A stretch of DNA of 64,000 nucleotides from Carpediemonas membranifera BICM (Eukaryota > Protista > Fornicata). Positions within the stretch are counted from its first letter, which is position 1. Every line of letters starts with the position of its first letter. The notes under the pieces were generated by a model. That model was given only the letters and a program-made list of their open reading frames with translations. It did no database searches and was not told where the DNA came from. The position numbers and the translations under genes were made by a program. The DNA lies in the NCBI GenBank assembly GCA_019828565.1, contig JAHDYR010000008.1, forward strand, positions 316,550 to 380,549, in the 5' to 3' direction. Positions 22,482-33,419 of the stretch are shown in pieces.

Positions 22482-25091
22482 ATGTATATGCGCAGTTTAT
22501 GCTCAATGTCGGCCGTTGAGATTGTGCGATGCGTGCACTGGACGGAGGATCACTTTCTACTATCTGAATCAATCAAGAACGAGGACTTGTATGGCATGGT
22601 TTCACTTCATGAAGAATTCAACTCTATGCAGTATGGCCCCGGCTGGTGCGCTCTCATCACCAATGACAACACCCCGACGTTTTGGACCACTGATCGGGTG
22701 GTTGTGAAGCGCTTTAGTGATGGTGTATTCGTTGAATTCCCGATATCCCGCGTCATTCCCATCGTTGCCTCTCTTGTACCGCCCCACTTCGTCCCAGGGC
22801 TCGTATCCACGACCATAGACCTCCCTGTCTTCATCCAATCCATAGAGGACGAGCTATACCGCCTTGATGAATCACTGGACGACCATGCCGCGGCCCTCAG
22901 CCCCGCCACATACCGGGCCGACCGAGAGGGGCTTGTGCGACGCCTCCACAGGACCTGGGAGTTGGTCACTACGGGGCTGCAGAACACCATGCGGCCTCTC
23001 GCTGATAACCCGGCCAACTTTCCCACGGTGGCCGCTGCAAAGCGGTTTGTCACAAGCGACAGTCATGACTTCGGGGCAGTCGTCAAACTGGCCTCAGCAG
23101 TTGGTGTTGGTGAGAGGCCAGTCGTGATCACAGAGGCTGACCTGAGATCTGACGCTGATCTGCTTCCCGGTCACCATGAGGCGCCCACCGACCACGCCTC
23201 TGCGGACCAGGCGAGGGTAACGGCAAGAGCGAATGCCGCCCTCGCCGCCATGTACAGGCTGTCCTGGCTTCTGTCAAATAGCACCGAGCCAGCCCACGCC
23301 GAGACCCTTGCCGCCGTCGCCGCTCTCACCCACCCGACGTCCCCCGCCCGCTTCCTCGGGGACTGGGTCCGCAGTTGCTCTGAGTGGTGGCCCGTGGCGT
23401 GTACCGCCCTCGCTCCTGTCCCATGGTCGGACTCAGTAGCCCCAGTCGAAGTGTCCAGGAGGGTGGCGGCCCTGCTCGGGGGAGTCGATGCCGAGTTCCC
23501 GGCCCCACCCCAGCTCCAGCAGAGTGTCGCCCCAAGCTACCCTGTACCCGATCTGGGTCGACTCACGGGGCGGGTGCAGTCGGCTGAGTTCTTCTTCTGG
23601 TTGCTGTACTTTCTCAGGAACCTGTACAACCACAGCGGCGACATCAACCCCGCAGTTGATATCACCGCGTTACATAGGGCGCTAAACTGCATAACTGGAC
23701 ACAACACAAAGTTCTGGCCCGAGCTGCAGGCCGAGCTGGAGGCGGCCATCACAGCAATAGCCCAATCATCCATGCTTCCACGTCTGAACCAGACCACTAA
23801 GCTGACACCTGACACCATCAGAACAATACTGGCGCCCCGACACACACAGCTGTGCCCCGATCCAGCCTGGTCGATCGGGGTGAGAGTCTTCGCCGCAGTT
23901 TACCGGGAGGTCTTCCAGGACAAGACCCAGACCCATACAAGCTCGGCGGTCACCACAGTGCTGGCGCTGTCGGATCTGAGGCTCTGTGCGGCCGTCGTCA
24001 GGTCAGTTATTGGGTGGGTTCTTGACGTAGCTTCCACTATACATGATGAAGCTGACAGACTGACTCCGCACGACTCAGCTGAGTTGATCGCCCAGATCTT
24101 GTGCGACAGGGTCACCCTGCACATCAAGACACCATCCATACCTCCGGACGAGACCCGCATCGCCCCCTCTGGCCATGTGCCCGTGCTCGGCCTGGTCCGA
24201 CTGCTGCTCGACGAGGGAGTTCTGATGCTCACCCCGCCCCACGAGACGATGTCACTGCCCCACATGGCCGGGCGGGTGGTCGAATACTACCGAAACGCCC
24301 CCATGGTGCTGGCTAACGTCTCCAACGTCCTCGGCGGGCTGTGGGGCGCCGTGCTCCCGGCCGTGGACAGGCTCGACGACATATGGTCCGGGTCAGCTCC
24401 ATGGCAGCTCCCCCTGGTATACGGCGCCCTCGTCTGGCTTGGCGTTGTCCGACCCCCCTCGCTGGTCGTCGGGTACGGCCCTGTTCTATACCGATTCTCC
24501 TCAGTGGGCTCGGCGTCGAACCGGCGGTCCTTCAAGGTTGTCGTCACTAGCGAGGGAACCCGGAGACCACTGCCCAACTTCTCCAATGGAGTCTGGTCGA
24601 TCTTCTACCCCGCCCCCGTCACCCTACCGGATCCGACCGGTCTCACGTCCAGTCAACCGTGCAGGTTTCACGAGACTGACCCACCCCGACCCAGTCTGGT
24701 GGGTGTTGGTCGCGTGCTTGTACCAGATCACGAGGATTTTAGCGCTGCTAGAGTTGTCCGGGCTGTGTTTGGGCTGACAACACCCGTGTCAGAAATCATG
24801 CGGATCGTGACCCGTGCTATCACTGATAGACCACACCTCCGTGGTGTACTGCATCTGGCGGACCCAGTGTCGGCTGCCCTTGTTGCAGCCATGCCAGATG
24901 CCCAGGCAGCAGTCGTCTTCGCCGGACTCGTCTGGGGCGGGGTTGTCGAGGCCGAGGCGGATATTGTCATCGGAACCACGCGGTTCTTCATTGAAGGCGA
25001 TCAGTTGAAGAAGGAGACGGGCACCCACCCAGGAAAGCTCGAATATTGCTTTGATCGATGGGGCATTTGTTGTGAACAGGAAATGCCCTGA
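22482..25091 (+). CDS. Hypothetical protein (~870 aa)
   Basis: Long ORF; first in-frame ATG at 22482; TAAA 4 nt after the stop; no recognised motif. Confidence 0.65.
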   Translation: MYMRSLCSMSAVEIVRCVHWTEDHFLLSESIKNEDLYGMVSLHEEFNSMQYGPGWCALITNDNTPTFWTTDRVVVKRFSDGVFVEFPISRVIPIVASLVPPHFVPGLVSTTIDLPVFIQSIEDELYRLDESLDDHAAALSPATYRADREGLVRRLHRTWELVTTGLQNTMRPLADNPANFPTVAAAKRFVTSDSHDFGAVVKLASAVGVGERPVVITEADLRSDADLLPGHHEAPTDHASADQARVTARANAALAAMYRLSWLLSNSTEPAHAETLAAVAALTHPTSPARFLGDWVRSCSEWWPVACTALAPVPWSDSVAPVEVSRRVAALLGGVDAEFPAPPQLQQSVAPSYPVPDLGRLTGRVQSAEFFFWLLYFLRNLYNHSGDINPAVDITALHRALNCITGHNTKFWPELQAELEAAITAIAQSSMLPRLNQTTKLTPDTIRTILAPRHTQLCPDPAWSIGVRVFAAVYREVFQDKTQTHTSSAVTTVLALSDLRLCAAVVRSVIGWVLDVASTIHDEADRLTPHDSAELIAQILCDRVTLHIKTPSIPPDETRIAPSGHVPVLGLVRLLLDEGVLMLTPPHETMSLPHMAGRVVEYYRNAPMVLANVSNVLGGLWGAVLPAVDRLDDIWSGSAPWQLPLVYGALVWLGVVRPPSLVVGYGPVLYRFSSVGSASNRRSFKVVVTSEGTRRPLPNFSNGVWSIFYPAPVTLPDPTGLTSSQPCRFHETDPPRPSLVGVGRVLVPDHEDFSAARVVRAVFGLTTPVSEIMRIVTRAITDRPHLRGVLHLADPVSAALVAAMPDAQAAVVFAGLVWGGVVEAEADIVIGTTRFFIEGDQLKKETGTHPGKLEYCFDRWGICCEQEMP

Positions 25092-26194
25092 GAGATAAAC
25101 ACTGCAAGCTGCTCGTTCATATAGACTGAAAGAAACATTTGAGAGCACCAGAATGCTGGGATACGGGCCATTCGTGTGAGCAGATCAATGAGCAGTTTAA
25201 GGTTACAGAGGAGTACTCTGCGAGTGAGAGGGCGCGTAGATGCGCCGACACGACTCCGGCGCGAGAAGCGCGGACCCAAAATTCGGTCGCTCGATTTTGG
25301 CGCGGAGTCGCCAAGTCAAGAACAGAAGCTCGAAAACTCGAGTTGCAAGCAGGGTTAGAGGGTTCTACACAGAACCGTGGACGCCTGGGGTGTCGATGCC
25401 TCGGGCAGTTTATGTCAGTCGTGGCGCAGAAATTTGGATTTCGACACGCGAGCGCGATGTCGACGCACTGCAAGACGCAGACCGGGCGGAGATCCCGAGC
25501 GAACATTGCTATGGTTACAATAAATGTTCTTCCCCCCGTTTGGAATGATTGTGTTATCTAGCCAGCAAGCCTGGCTGGCATTTTCAGGCCCCAACAAGGC
25601 CTAGTTCGTGAGTTCTGAGAAATCAACCTGAAATGAAACATAGGAACCCTGGTTGCGGGTAGACCTTGGAATAGAGTAGGGGTATAGGTAGGAGGAGCAC
25701 TGTTAGTGTGCCAGATTGTCCTGGCGGCTAGGACAGCTAGCTGGCGTTACATCGCGCTGACAGGTTACCTCGGGTAACGGGCCGTGAGCGGAGGGCAATG
25801 AGATCGCCTCGCTCCGGCATGGTGATGCGCCGACCAGGCGAGCCGCGCAGTTTATGCGGGCAGAATGGTAGAAAATTCGGAACATCCAGATCCGACGGCA
25901 ACGAGGCTCAATAACCTAGAAGCCTCAATCGCTACCATCTCGCAACAGCTTGCAAAGCTTAATCCGCCTCCTCCGCCGCCCGAGACCGAGCCGCCGAAGA
26001 AATCTCAAATTGATTTCTTCCCTGAACAAGATGAAGCGGATATTGACCAAACACTGGCAGAGATGGATGCATACGGCGAGCTTCCGACAAAGAGACCACT
26101 TAAGGCGGAAGCAAAGTGGCTTCGCCGCGTGATGGTGATCGTCAACGCCCTCGACGACGAGCCGCTCAAAGCAAGACTCCAAATTTTCCGCACC

Positions 26195-29100
26195 ATGGGC
26201 AAAAGTAGTTCTGGCTACAGAGGCCCAATCTTAGCGAAAGACACTGGTCCGCAACCACAAAGTACCACTGCTGCTCAAAGCAGTATCGCCGACCAACGCT
26301 TCCTGACGAGGAAGCACCTCAAATATGTTTCATCCGCCCCTCCTGTCCTCAAAAGACAACTACTAGCAGGCATTGCCTTTATTGGGGACCCCGTAATCAT
26401 CCATCCCTTCAAAACTGAGCTTGCAACACACTCATCGACGGGCAATTTCGTCTCGGTGGCAATCCCAAACCTAAAACGGGACAACGCCCGCTATAAGCGG
26501 GCTAAGGATGCCTGTAATGACCTACTCCAAGATGCTGAGCACCTTGCAGCTGCATTTGGGCTCTCCATCCGGGAAGGTATCCTCAAACTCTTTCCCCTCA
26601 TTGCCTATGATCTTGTCCACACGGTTGGAACGCTTAAGGCTGCCCTAATCCACTGCAGGTTCACGGGACTCCCCCCAGCTAGCAGCATGGACTGGAGCAA
26701 GTTCGCAGATTTCATCTCCGCCAGATGCCCTACAGTGTTAGACCAACGGAACGATCCTTGGCCTCCAACCATATCCACTGTCCCGAACTCTCCGAGCCTG
26801 ACATGGCAGGCAGTCGGTCAAAGAGAGCCTCTTGGTCCCCGCATCGCTCACTCCGGCCGGCCCGGCCCCATTGTATCTCCGGATGGTCTCAACCTCACGC
26901 CGTTCATGGGCCTCGAGGTAATCCACTTACTGTATGGCGCCTCTCCCGTGTTGGGAGGACATGCGATGACTGAGCTTTATGCCGAATGGGGTGGAGCCAC
27001 AGCGGCCGACCTTCAGTCTTCCTTATCGAATACCTTATCAGACAGCCTTATCTCTCCCATTCGCCGGAAGGCCTATCCAGTCGATGACTCTACTATATCC
27101 ATAAGTTCCTGTTCAAACTCTGATGTTGAGCTCGCAAGCCCGATCCCTGTTAGCGTGGAAGAGGTTGCGCGGCAGATTCGGAAAGAAATATCGTCTTGCG
27201 AAGAGAACAGCATTTATCCATCATCCCCGATCGTAGCTGAGGAGCCTAACGCCCGTTGGGGCCCTCTCATGAGCATCCCAGTTCACGCCGACGGCAACTG
27301 TGGCCTTCACTCACTTGCTGTCTCTCTGGGTATGACGGGCCTGACGAGACGAGAAGCCGTGTCGAAACTTGCCTCCGCCATCCAGAATGGTACAGTGGAT
27401 CTTAACTCCTCGTGGAGATCCACGGTGCGCACTTTAACCACACACACCACCGCTAGCGACATTGGTAGTGCCTTCCTATCCACCACAGACCTCCGCAATA
27501 TTGCATCGCTCTTTGGAAAAAATGTGCTTATTGCTCATCGATATGATGCCAACACAGTCTCAGTAACCATCCCAGCATTATCCGAGTTCTCTACACTTCC
27601 TCTCAATATTGACGCGCTCAAAACGATGCTCAAAACCGATTACATCCTCATTAGACTGAGTGCTCTGCACTTCACGCCTCTTTTTCCGTCTGTGAGGAGC
27701 GCAGAAGCAAGGCGCCTGCAATATGCTGAATATCGTCCAAGAAGAGCCCCCTCTAGTGTGGCTCGCAACAACATCGCCGCTGAAGGCCTCGATAGCGCCC
27801 CCTCTAGTGTGGCCCGCAACAACATCGCCGCTGAAGGCCTCGATAGCGCCCCCTCTAGTGTGGCCCGCAACAACATCGCCGCTGAAGGCCTCGATAGCGC
27901 CCCCTCTAGTGTGGCCCGCAACAACCGTGATGGCGTCCATGGCGCTCTCATAGGCTTGTCTGGCAAGAGAGAGGGTCCTGTTTCTCATATCCTAGTGGTC
28001 GACTTTGAAGGACTAGGAACTGCCGTAGACCGCAGAGCCACCAAACAGAGTCGCGTCTCATATCCCGTAGAGGCCGGCGCCACACTCCTAGCCCGCGTCA
28101 AGGATCCTGAAACGGGGATAATGATGTGGGACGTCGCAGGGGTCCACTGGGGCGGCTTAGAAGTTGATATCCCAGCGCAGTTAATGCAGACAGCTTTATA
28201 CCAAGCGGCAGTTGTTCATGGGTGTCCTCCCATGAGCTTCAGAGTACACCCCGACCACCCCGGGATCTCATTCCCCAGCCCGACCGACTGGCTTCACCAC
28301 CTCACGGTCATAGTGAGCTCCCTCCCGAACTGCATCATGGTCGCCAAAGACCCGAGACTTGAGAACTCCGTCCTAGAGTCATGGGTCTCGGAAAGCGATG
28401 CCCCCTTCCTTGACAAGGTCTATGACATAAGTGATCTAGAGTCCATAGACAAAAGATCCTTTGGGCATATCCATGACTACTGCCGTTCACCCGAGTTCTC
28501 TGAGGCGATGTCGATAGCCCAATGTCTCACAATGGTGAAGTGCCCCTGCCCGTACCACATTGGAACAGATCCAGGCTACCATTGTGCTCTCAGTGACACT
28601 GTAGCTTTCGCGGCGGTACTGCACACAGTCTCATGTCTCGACCGAACATCTAGGGGAGCTATCACATCCACGTACTCTGAAATCACTGATGCATGGAGGA
28701 AAGACTTGGATGTCCTCATCGGCAACTGGTCCTCTCTCCTGCCCGACCTGGCCGTGCTACTACTCCAAGACCTCCACCTGCCAACGCTTGAGGAGCTGCA
28801 CCACATCCTCAAGGAGTACGTAATAGCACCTAAGGGTGGCTGCTCCTTCCCCACAGGTGATAGGGCCAGACAGGCTATGACGTGCCGTCAATTTATTGCA
28901 GTGCGGAGCCCAGCTCGGCGAGGGTGGGAATGGTTTGATCCTCTTGCCAAGATGATAGCGGTGGCGGATGCGGCAGGCATAGTCCCTCCAAACAGCCTAG
29001 AACAGCCATTCATCAGGATAGCGACGGTGAATAACGACAGCTCCTTCAGCAATCAGTTGACGGCTCAGCAAGTTTACTGGGAGTGCCCTCCTCACCGAGA

Positions 29101-32100
29101 CCTACCGCAATCTGCTGCAGAGCTTCTGGCTCTCAACGTTCCTCCCTCGGCAGACAACTCCAAAGGAGTAGTCAAGAGGTCCTACAGAGCGCCGGATCAT
29201 TGGTTTCTAGTCCCGAGAATCCCCAACAAGCCAGTGCGAGGGCTCCGCAAAGTCAGACTGAGAGGGCCCATGACTCGAGGAGACATGGATGCCCTCATAC
29301 AGAAGGCAGAAACAGCATGGGTCAGCGAAGCGTGGGACCTTTCTCCGGTGTTCAAAGCTCTCCAGAGTGCCCGAGCTCACGACGGTAACTGGAGTAAGGT
29401 TGAGCCACCGGCTTCTTCCACGCCAGCTCCAAGCTTAGCCACGCGAGTCTCGCCTGCGACCTTCAGGAATCAGAGAGGGCGAAGTCAAGCAGGTAGACGA
29501 CCAGTAAATGGTCACCTCTACTCGTGGAATTGCACATCACTCAACATCACCAAGATGACTCTTGCTCTAGTACAAGACGTGGACATCATGGCCATTCAGG
29601 AGCTATGGTGGTGGGCCCAGTCCCCGGAGCTGCCCACAACGAATGACAAGGTCCTGCTATACCACGGAGTGATCAAGTCAGAGTCCGAGACAAAGCATCT
29701 AGGCGTAGGCATCATGCTGAGGAAGGAATTAGCTGAGCTCTGCACATACGTCGAGAACCAACCCCACTCTCCAAGGTTGATTCAAGCTGACCTAGGCTGC
29801 GTGTTTGTAACAGCTGGCAAACTGAAGGTCCGTGTCATGTCCATCTATAGTCCATGCACGGGAGCACAAGCCAAGAAAGAGTTCCACACTCTACTGTCCT
29901 CCGAGGTGAAGAAAGCTATTGAGCAAGGGCTCCAAGTTCTTGTCATGGGAGACTTCAACACGAACCTACTAGATCCATCGACGCTGTGGGCTACCACCCT
30001 AAAGGAGTGTGGCTTGAGACTGGTAGTGCCCGACGGCCCGACCTTCATGGACAGAGTAATTGATGGCATCGCAGCAACACCTAAGCTGGCTGATCTCATC
30101 AAGAAGCCGCTCACAGTATCCCTTGAACCCAAAGGACACAGAGCGGTTGTAGCAAGATCAGGCATAACGGGTTACTTTCGCACGAGGAGCAAGGCAACAG
30201 CAGTCCTCAACGAAAGACATGTGGCTAACGTACTTGAATGCAGCAAGGATCATCGAAAGGCGAGGACTCTCCTGAGGAACATCAGCCACCTTGATGTCGA
30301 CCAAGCCTTTCAAAGCCTGACGTCGACTATCAACCGATGGGCGTTGGTGGACACTGCGGCCTCACATGAAGTGAGAGAAGTCGAGAGAGCAGAAGACTAC
30401 GACCACTGGTTTGTCGCCGGAGAGCAGATCGGTATTTCCCCTGAACGGCTCTATGAGCTCATCATTGAGGATCATCGCCACCAACATCAGCTCAAGGAGA
30501 GGACGAGCAGAGGCCCCAAAGCTCTCGTGTGCTCTGAGCTATCATCAGCAATGCTATCAGTAGCGTTAGCATCCTCGGAGAGCCACGCCCACTCAACACT
30601 CAAAGCCTACCATGCCCGAGCCAAGCGAGTCTCTGAGAGCATGGATGTCATGTCCCCTGAATTCTTTAGATACGTCCATTGGAAGCTTTTTGAAGGGGCA
30701 GGCCAGAGTGTCTGGTCTTCGCAGAGACCTGGAAGGCTTACTCAGAGGACCCGGCCTTCCTGCTACCACCACAGTAGGAGGCAGAGTGATCACCAACCGA
30801 GAAGAAGTAGCCAAGGCCTTCGAGGAGTGGTATGCGTCAGTATCATATGTGGCAGGAGCAGTAGAACCATCCATCTCTCGCCCCGATATAGAGCTCGAAA
30901 TCACGGACACTCTCCTGGAAGGGGCTCTCAAATCTGCCAAGAATAGATCAGCCCCAGGCAGTGATGGACTAACCCCGGCAATTTTCAAATATTGCCCAGT
31001 CCTCAAGGAGGCGCTCAAGACTCTGCTACAGAAGTGCATTGACCAACTCAAGACCCCAGCAGAGTGGCATACCGCCGTGGTAATTCCATTGAAAAAGCCC
31101 GGCTCTACTAGCGATGCTCCTGTGGCGTTCAGACCTATCTCCCTACTTTCCACAGCCCACAAGGTGCTCGGCACAATGATGATCCGCACGATTGACCGAG
31201 ACAACCCTCTTCCCCCTGAACAATACGGTGCAAGGCCGGGTGTTTCATCGGTTGATGCACTATGGGCTATTGAGCACGCGAGACGTGGGTTCAAAGCGAC
31301 CCACATTGGGACTCTGGACGTGGCTAAGGCCTTTGACCGTGTCCCGAGGAGAGATGCATTGGACTCGTTGAGGGGGAACAGAAGGGCCATTGAGATGTTG
31401 AAGGAGATGCATTTGCACACAAGGATCTCTATGCGAGGTAGCAGCACTAGCGCCGCTACCAACACAGGAGTACGGCAAGGATGCACCACTGCTCCCTTCA
31501 TCTTCACAAGATACCTTGCGGAAGTCCCTCACATCATTGCAAGCTTAACTGCTCTAGGGAAGGAAGCAATTGAGAAGCTTCCTCCCGACATAGAGACCCT
31601 GAGACGAGTGGCAGCAAGGCCGTGCGTTCCCTGGATTGTCACAGTCCTGTTCGTTGATGACATTACAATAGTAGCTCCCTCCCTTAAGTGGTTGGAGGCA
31701 GCACTTACGGCGGCATGGACATGCATGCTAGCGCTATCCTTGGAGCCCAACGATAAGACCACCTATGTCTCAGAGGACGACACCCCCTCCCTCACCATCC
31801 ATGGCAATCCAGTCATTAAGAGAGACGCGGTCAAGCTCCTAGGGGTCCTCTTCGATACGTCCCGAGACTTCTCCACCCAGAATAGGACTATGGGCGAAAG
31901 GATAGACAGAGAGCTACGACTACTGAGAGCTAGCGGCGTGATGCACTCCAAGTTCTGTCCTCGCATTGTAGAGGTCTACACCCTCCCCAAGCTGCTGTAC
32001 GGGTGGAGCGTCTGGGCTAATCATAAGGCTGTCTCCCAGGTAGGCAAGCTTGCATCGGCAGCCCTAAGGATCAGCCCAACTGCATCGGAGGCGAAGTACC

Positions 32101-32793
32101 TGGAGCTAGGCTGGCTGCATCCAGAGGCAATGCTCCTGCTGGACAGATTCAAGCAAGGGGGTGAGATGGGCGAGAATCCATCCGGGCAAGGATCTCCCAG
32201 ACTGCATTGCTGAGGCACAAGGCAGCCTTGGCCTGTCCCACTCCGACAGCCTTGACCTAGCAGCCTGTCGAGCAGCCCAGCTCTCTCACGACATAATCTG
32301 CCGTGGTAACAAAGTGGCTGTCAGGAGATACGTCACGGAGTCGGCACTCACCCGCCCTTTTACCCGCTCTAACTACCCGGCCAGGCAGCCATACCTCGAC
32401 CATCTAACGGCTGGGCCAGCGAAGCGCCTCGCGATGCTACGGCTATCGTGTCTACCAATGCCAACGAGAGGGGCTCTTCCTGACGCGTGGCAGCCGGTCA
32501 GGGGAATCCTACAGGACCTGAAGGATGAACCGGAAGCCGCCGCAGCTCTTGAGGCATGTCCTCTCTGTCAGGGTGAGGCCATCGCCGCGGCTGTGATTGA
32601 GATCCTGACGTCCCCTACCAAGACCTTAGCAGTGCTGAGATCCAGGACGTGGGTTGTCCTGAACCAGACCCACTTGGCTAAGTGCGACCACTTCAAGATT
32701 AACCCCATCCTCCTTTTCAAGGACCCCCTGACCCTGAGCAGGCGTGACGACGCCAAGCTCACACATATGTTGAGTGTACTTTGTGACGCGTGA
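26195..32793 (+). CDS. LINE polyprotein: OTU-like protease, Maelstrom/DEDDh-like domain, AP endonuclease, reverse transcriptase (frameshifts near 30710 and 32160)
   Basis: ADGNCGLHSL...LHF; VVDFEG...YPVEAG...CPYH...HCALSD; SWNC, IQE, IYSP, MGDFN, GHRAV; FRPISLL, DVAKAFD, GVRQG, FVDD. Confidence 0.85.
27746..27925 (+). repeat. 51-bp coding tandem repeat, ~3.5 copies (APSSVARNNIAAEGLDS)
   Basis: Units start at 27746, 27797, 27848 and 27899. Confidence 0.95.
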
Positions 32794-33419
32794 CTGGTAG
32801 GTTCCCTCGCTTACATAGGAAAACGCCACCGTCCTCCCCGGTCTCAGGACCTCCTCGATCATCGTCCTGAGGGAGCCCCATCGGGCTCGGAGCACAGAGT
32901 CCCGCAGCGCCAAGAGCTGGAAGTTGTGAGCTGGCCGACCCGCGTGGGTCATCTTTTTACCCTTCTTCGAAGGGGTTTTAGGCCCTCCTCTCCCTGCAGC
33001 TTCAGAACAGTACTCTTGGGCGCCGCAGCTCTGGCTTCCAATGTTATGAGAACCGTTGCCCTCCTGCGGCTGATCACCGCTCGTCTGGCTCGGGTTGTGG
33101 CCAGTGCCTGGAGGTGGACACCCCGGCACTGTATCAAAAAATAAACTCAAAAACTCAAAACTCAAAAAGCAAGACTCCTGGTGGAACTCCAAGCACGCCG
33201 TACCCTTCTGGACCTCAAGGACGACAACTGGTCGGACGCAACCTGCGAACTGTTTCTCGACTTGTTCAACACGTCCCAGACCAAAACCCCCCGTGCCATC
33301 TCCTACTGCGCAGCCAAAGCCAGAGCCAAGGGTAAGAGAAAGGACCAGCCCCAGAACAAAGGGGGGTTTCACAAGAAGCACAAGAAGTAGCCCTTGCCAC
33401 AGATGTTCAGTTCCCGTCA

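Larger units (their letters stand above)
26181..33165 (+). mobile_element. Non-LTR retrotransposon (APE-type LINE), 13-bp TSD AAAGCAAGACTCC
   Basis: TSD at 26168-26180 and 33166-33178; the empty site is visible in copy 2 near 42993-43005. 3' AATAAA + (ACTCAAAA)n tail. Confidence 0.93.

Noticed and set aside
25420-25470. Specific snRNA call from Sm-like AAATTTGG + hairpin
   Set aside because: No U1/U2/U4/U5 diagnostic motif found nearby; kept only as an unassigned structured region.
25865-30946. 1693-aa ORF as a single genuine gene
   Set aside because: It is a chimera of YR ORF1 and the LINE ORF created by insertion (13-bp TSD; empty site in copy 2), and its 3' end is a frameshift.
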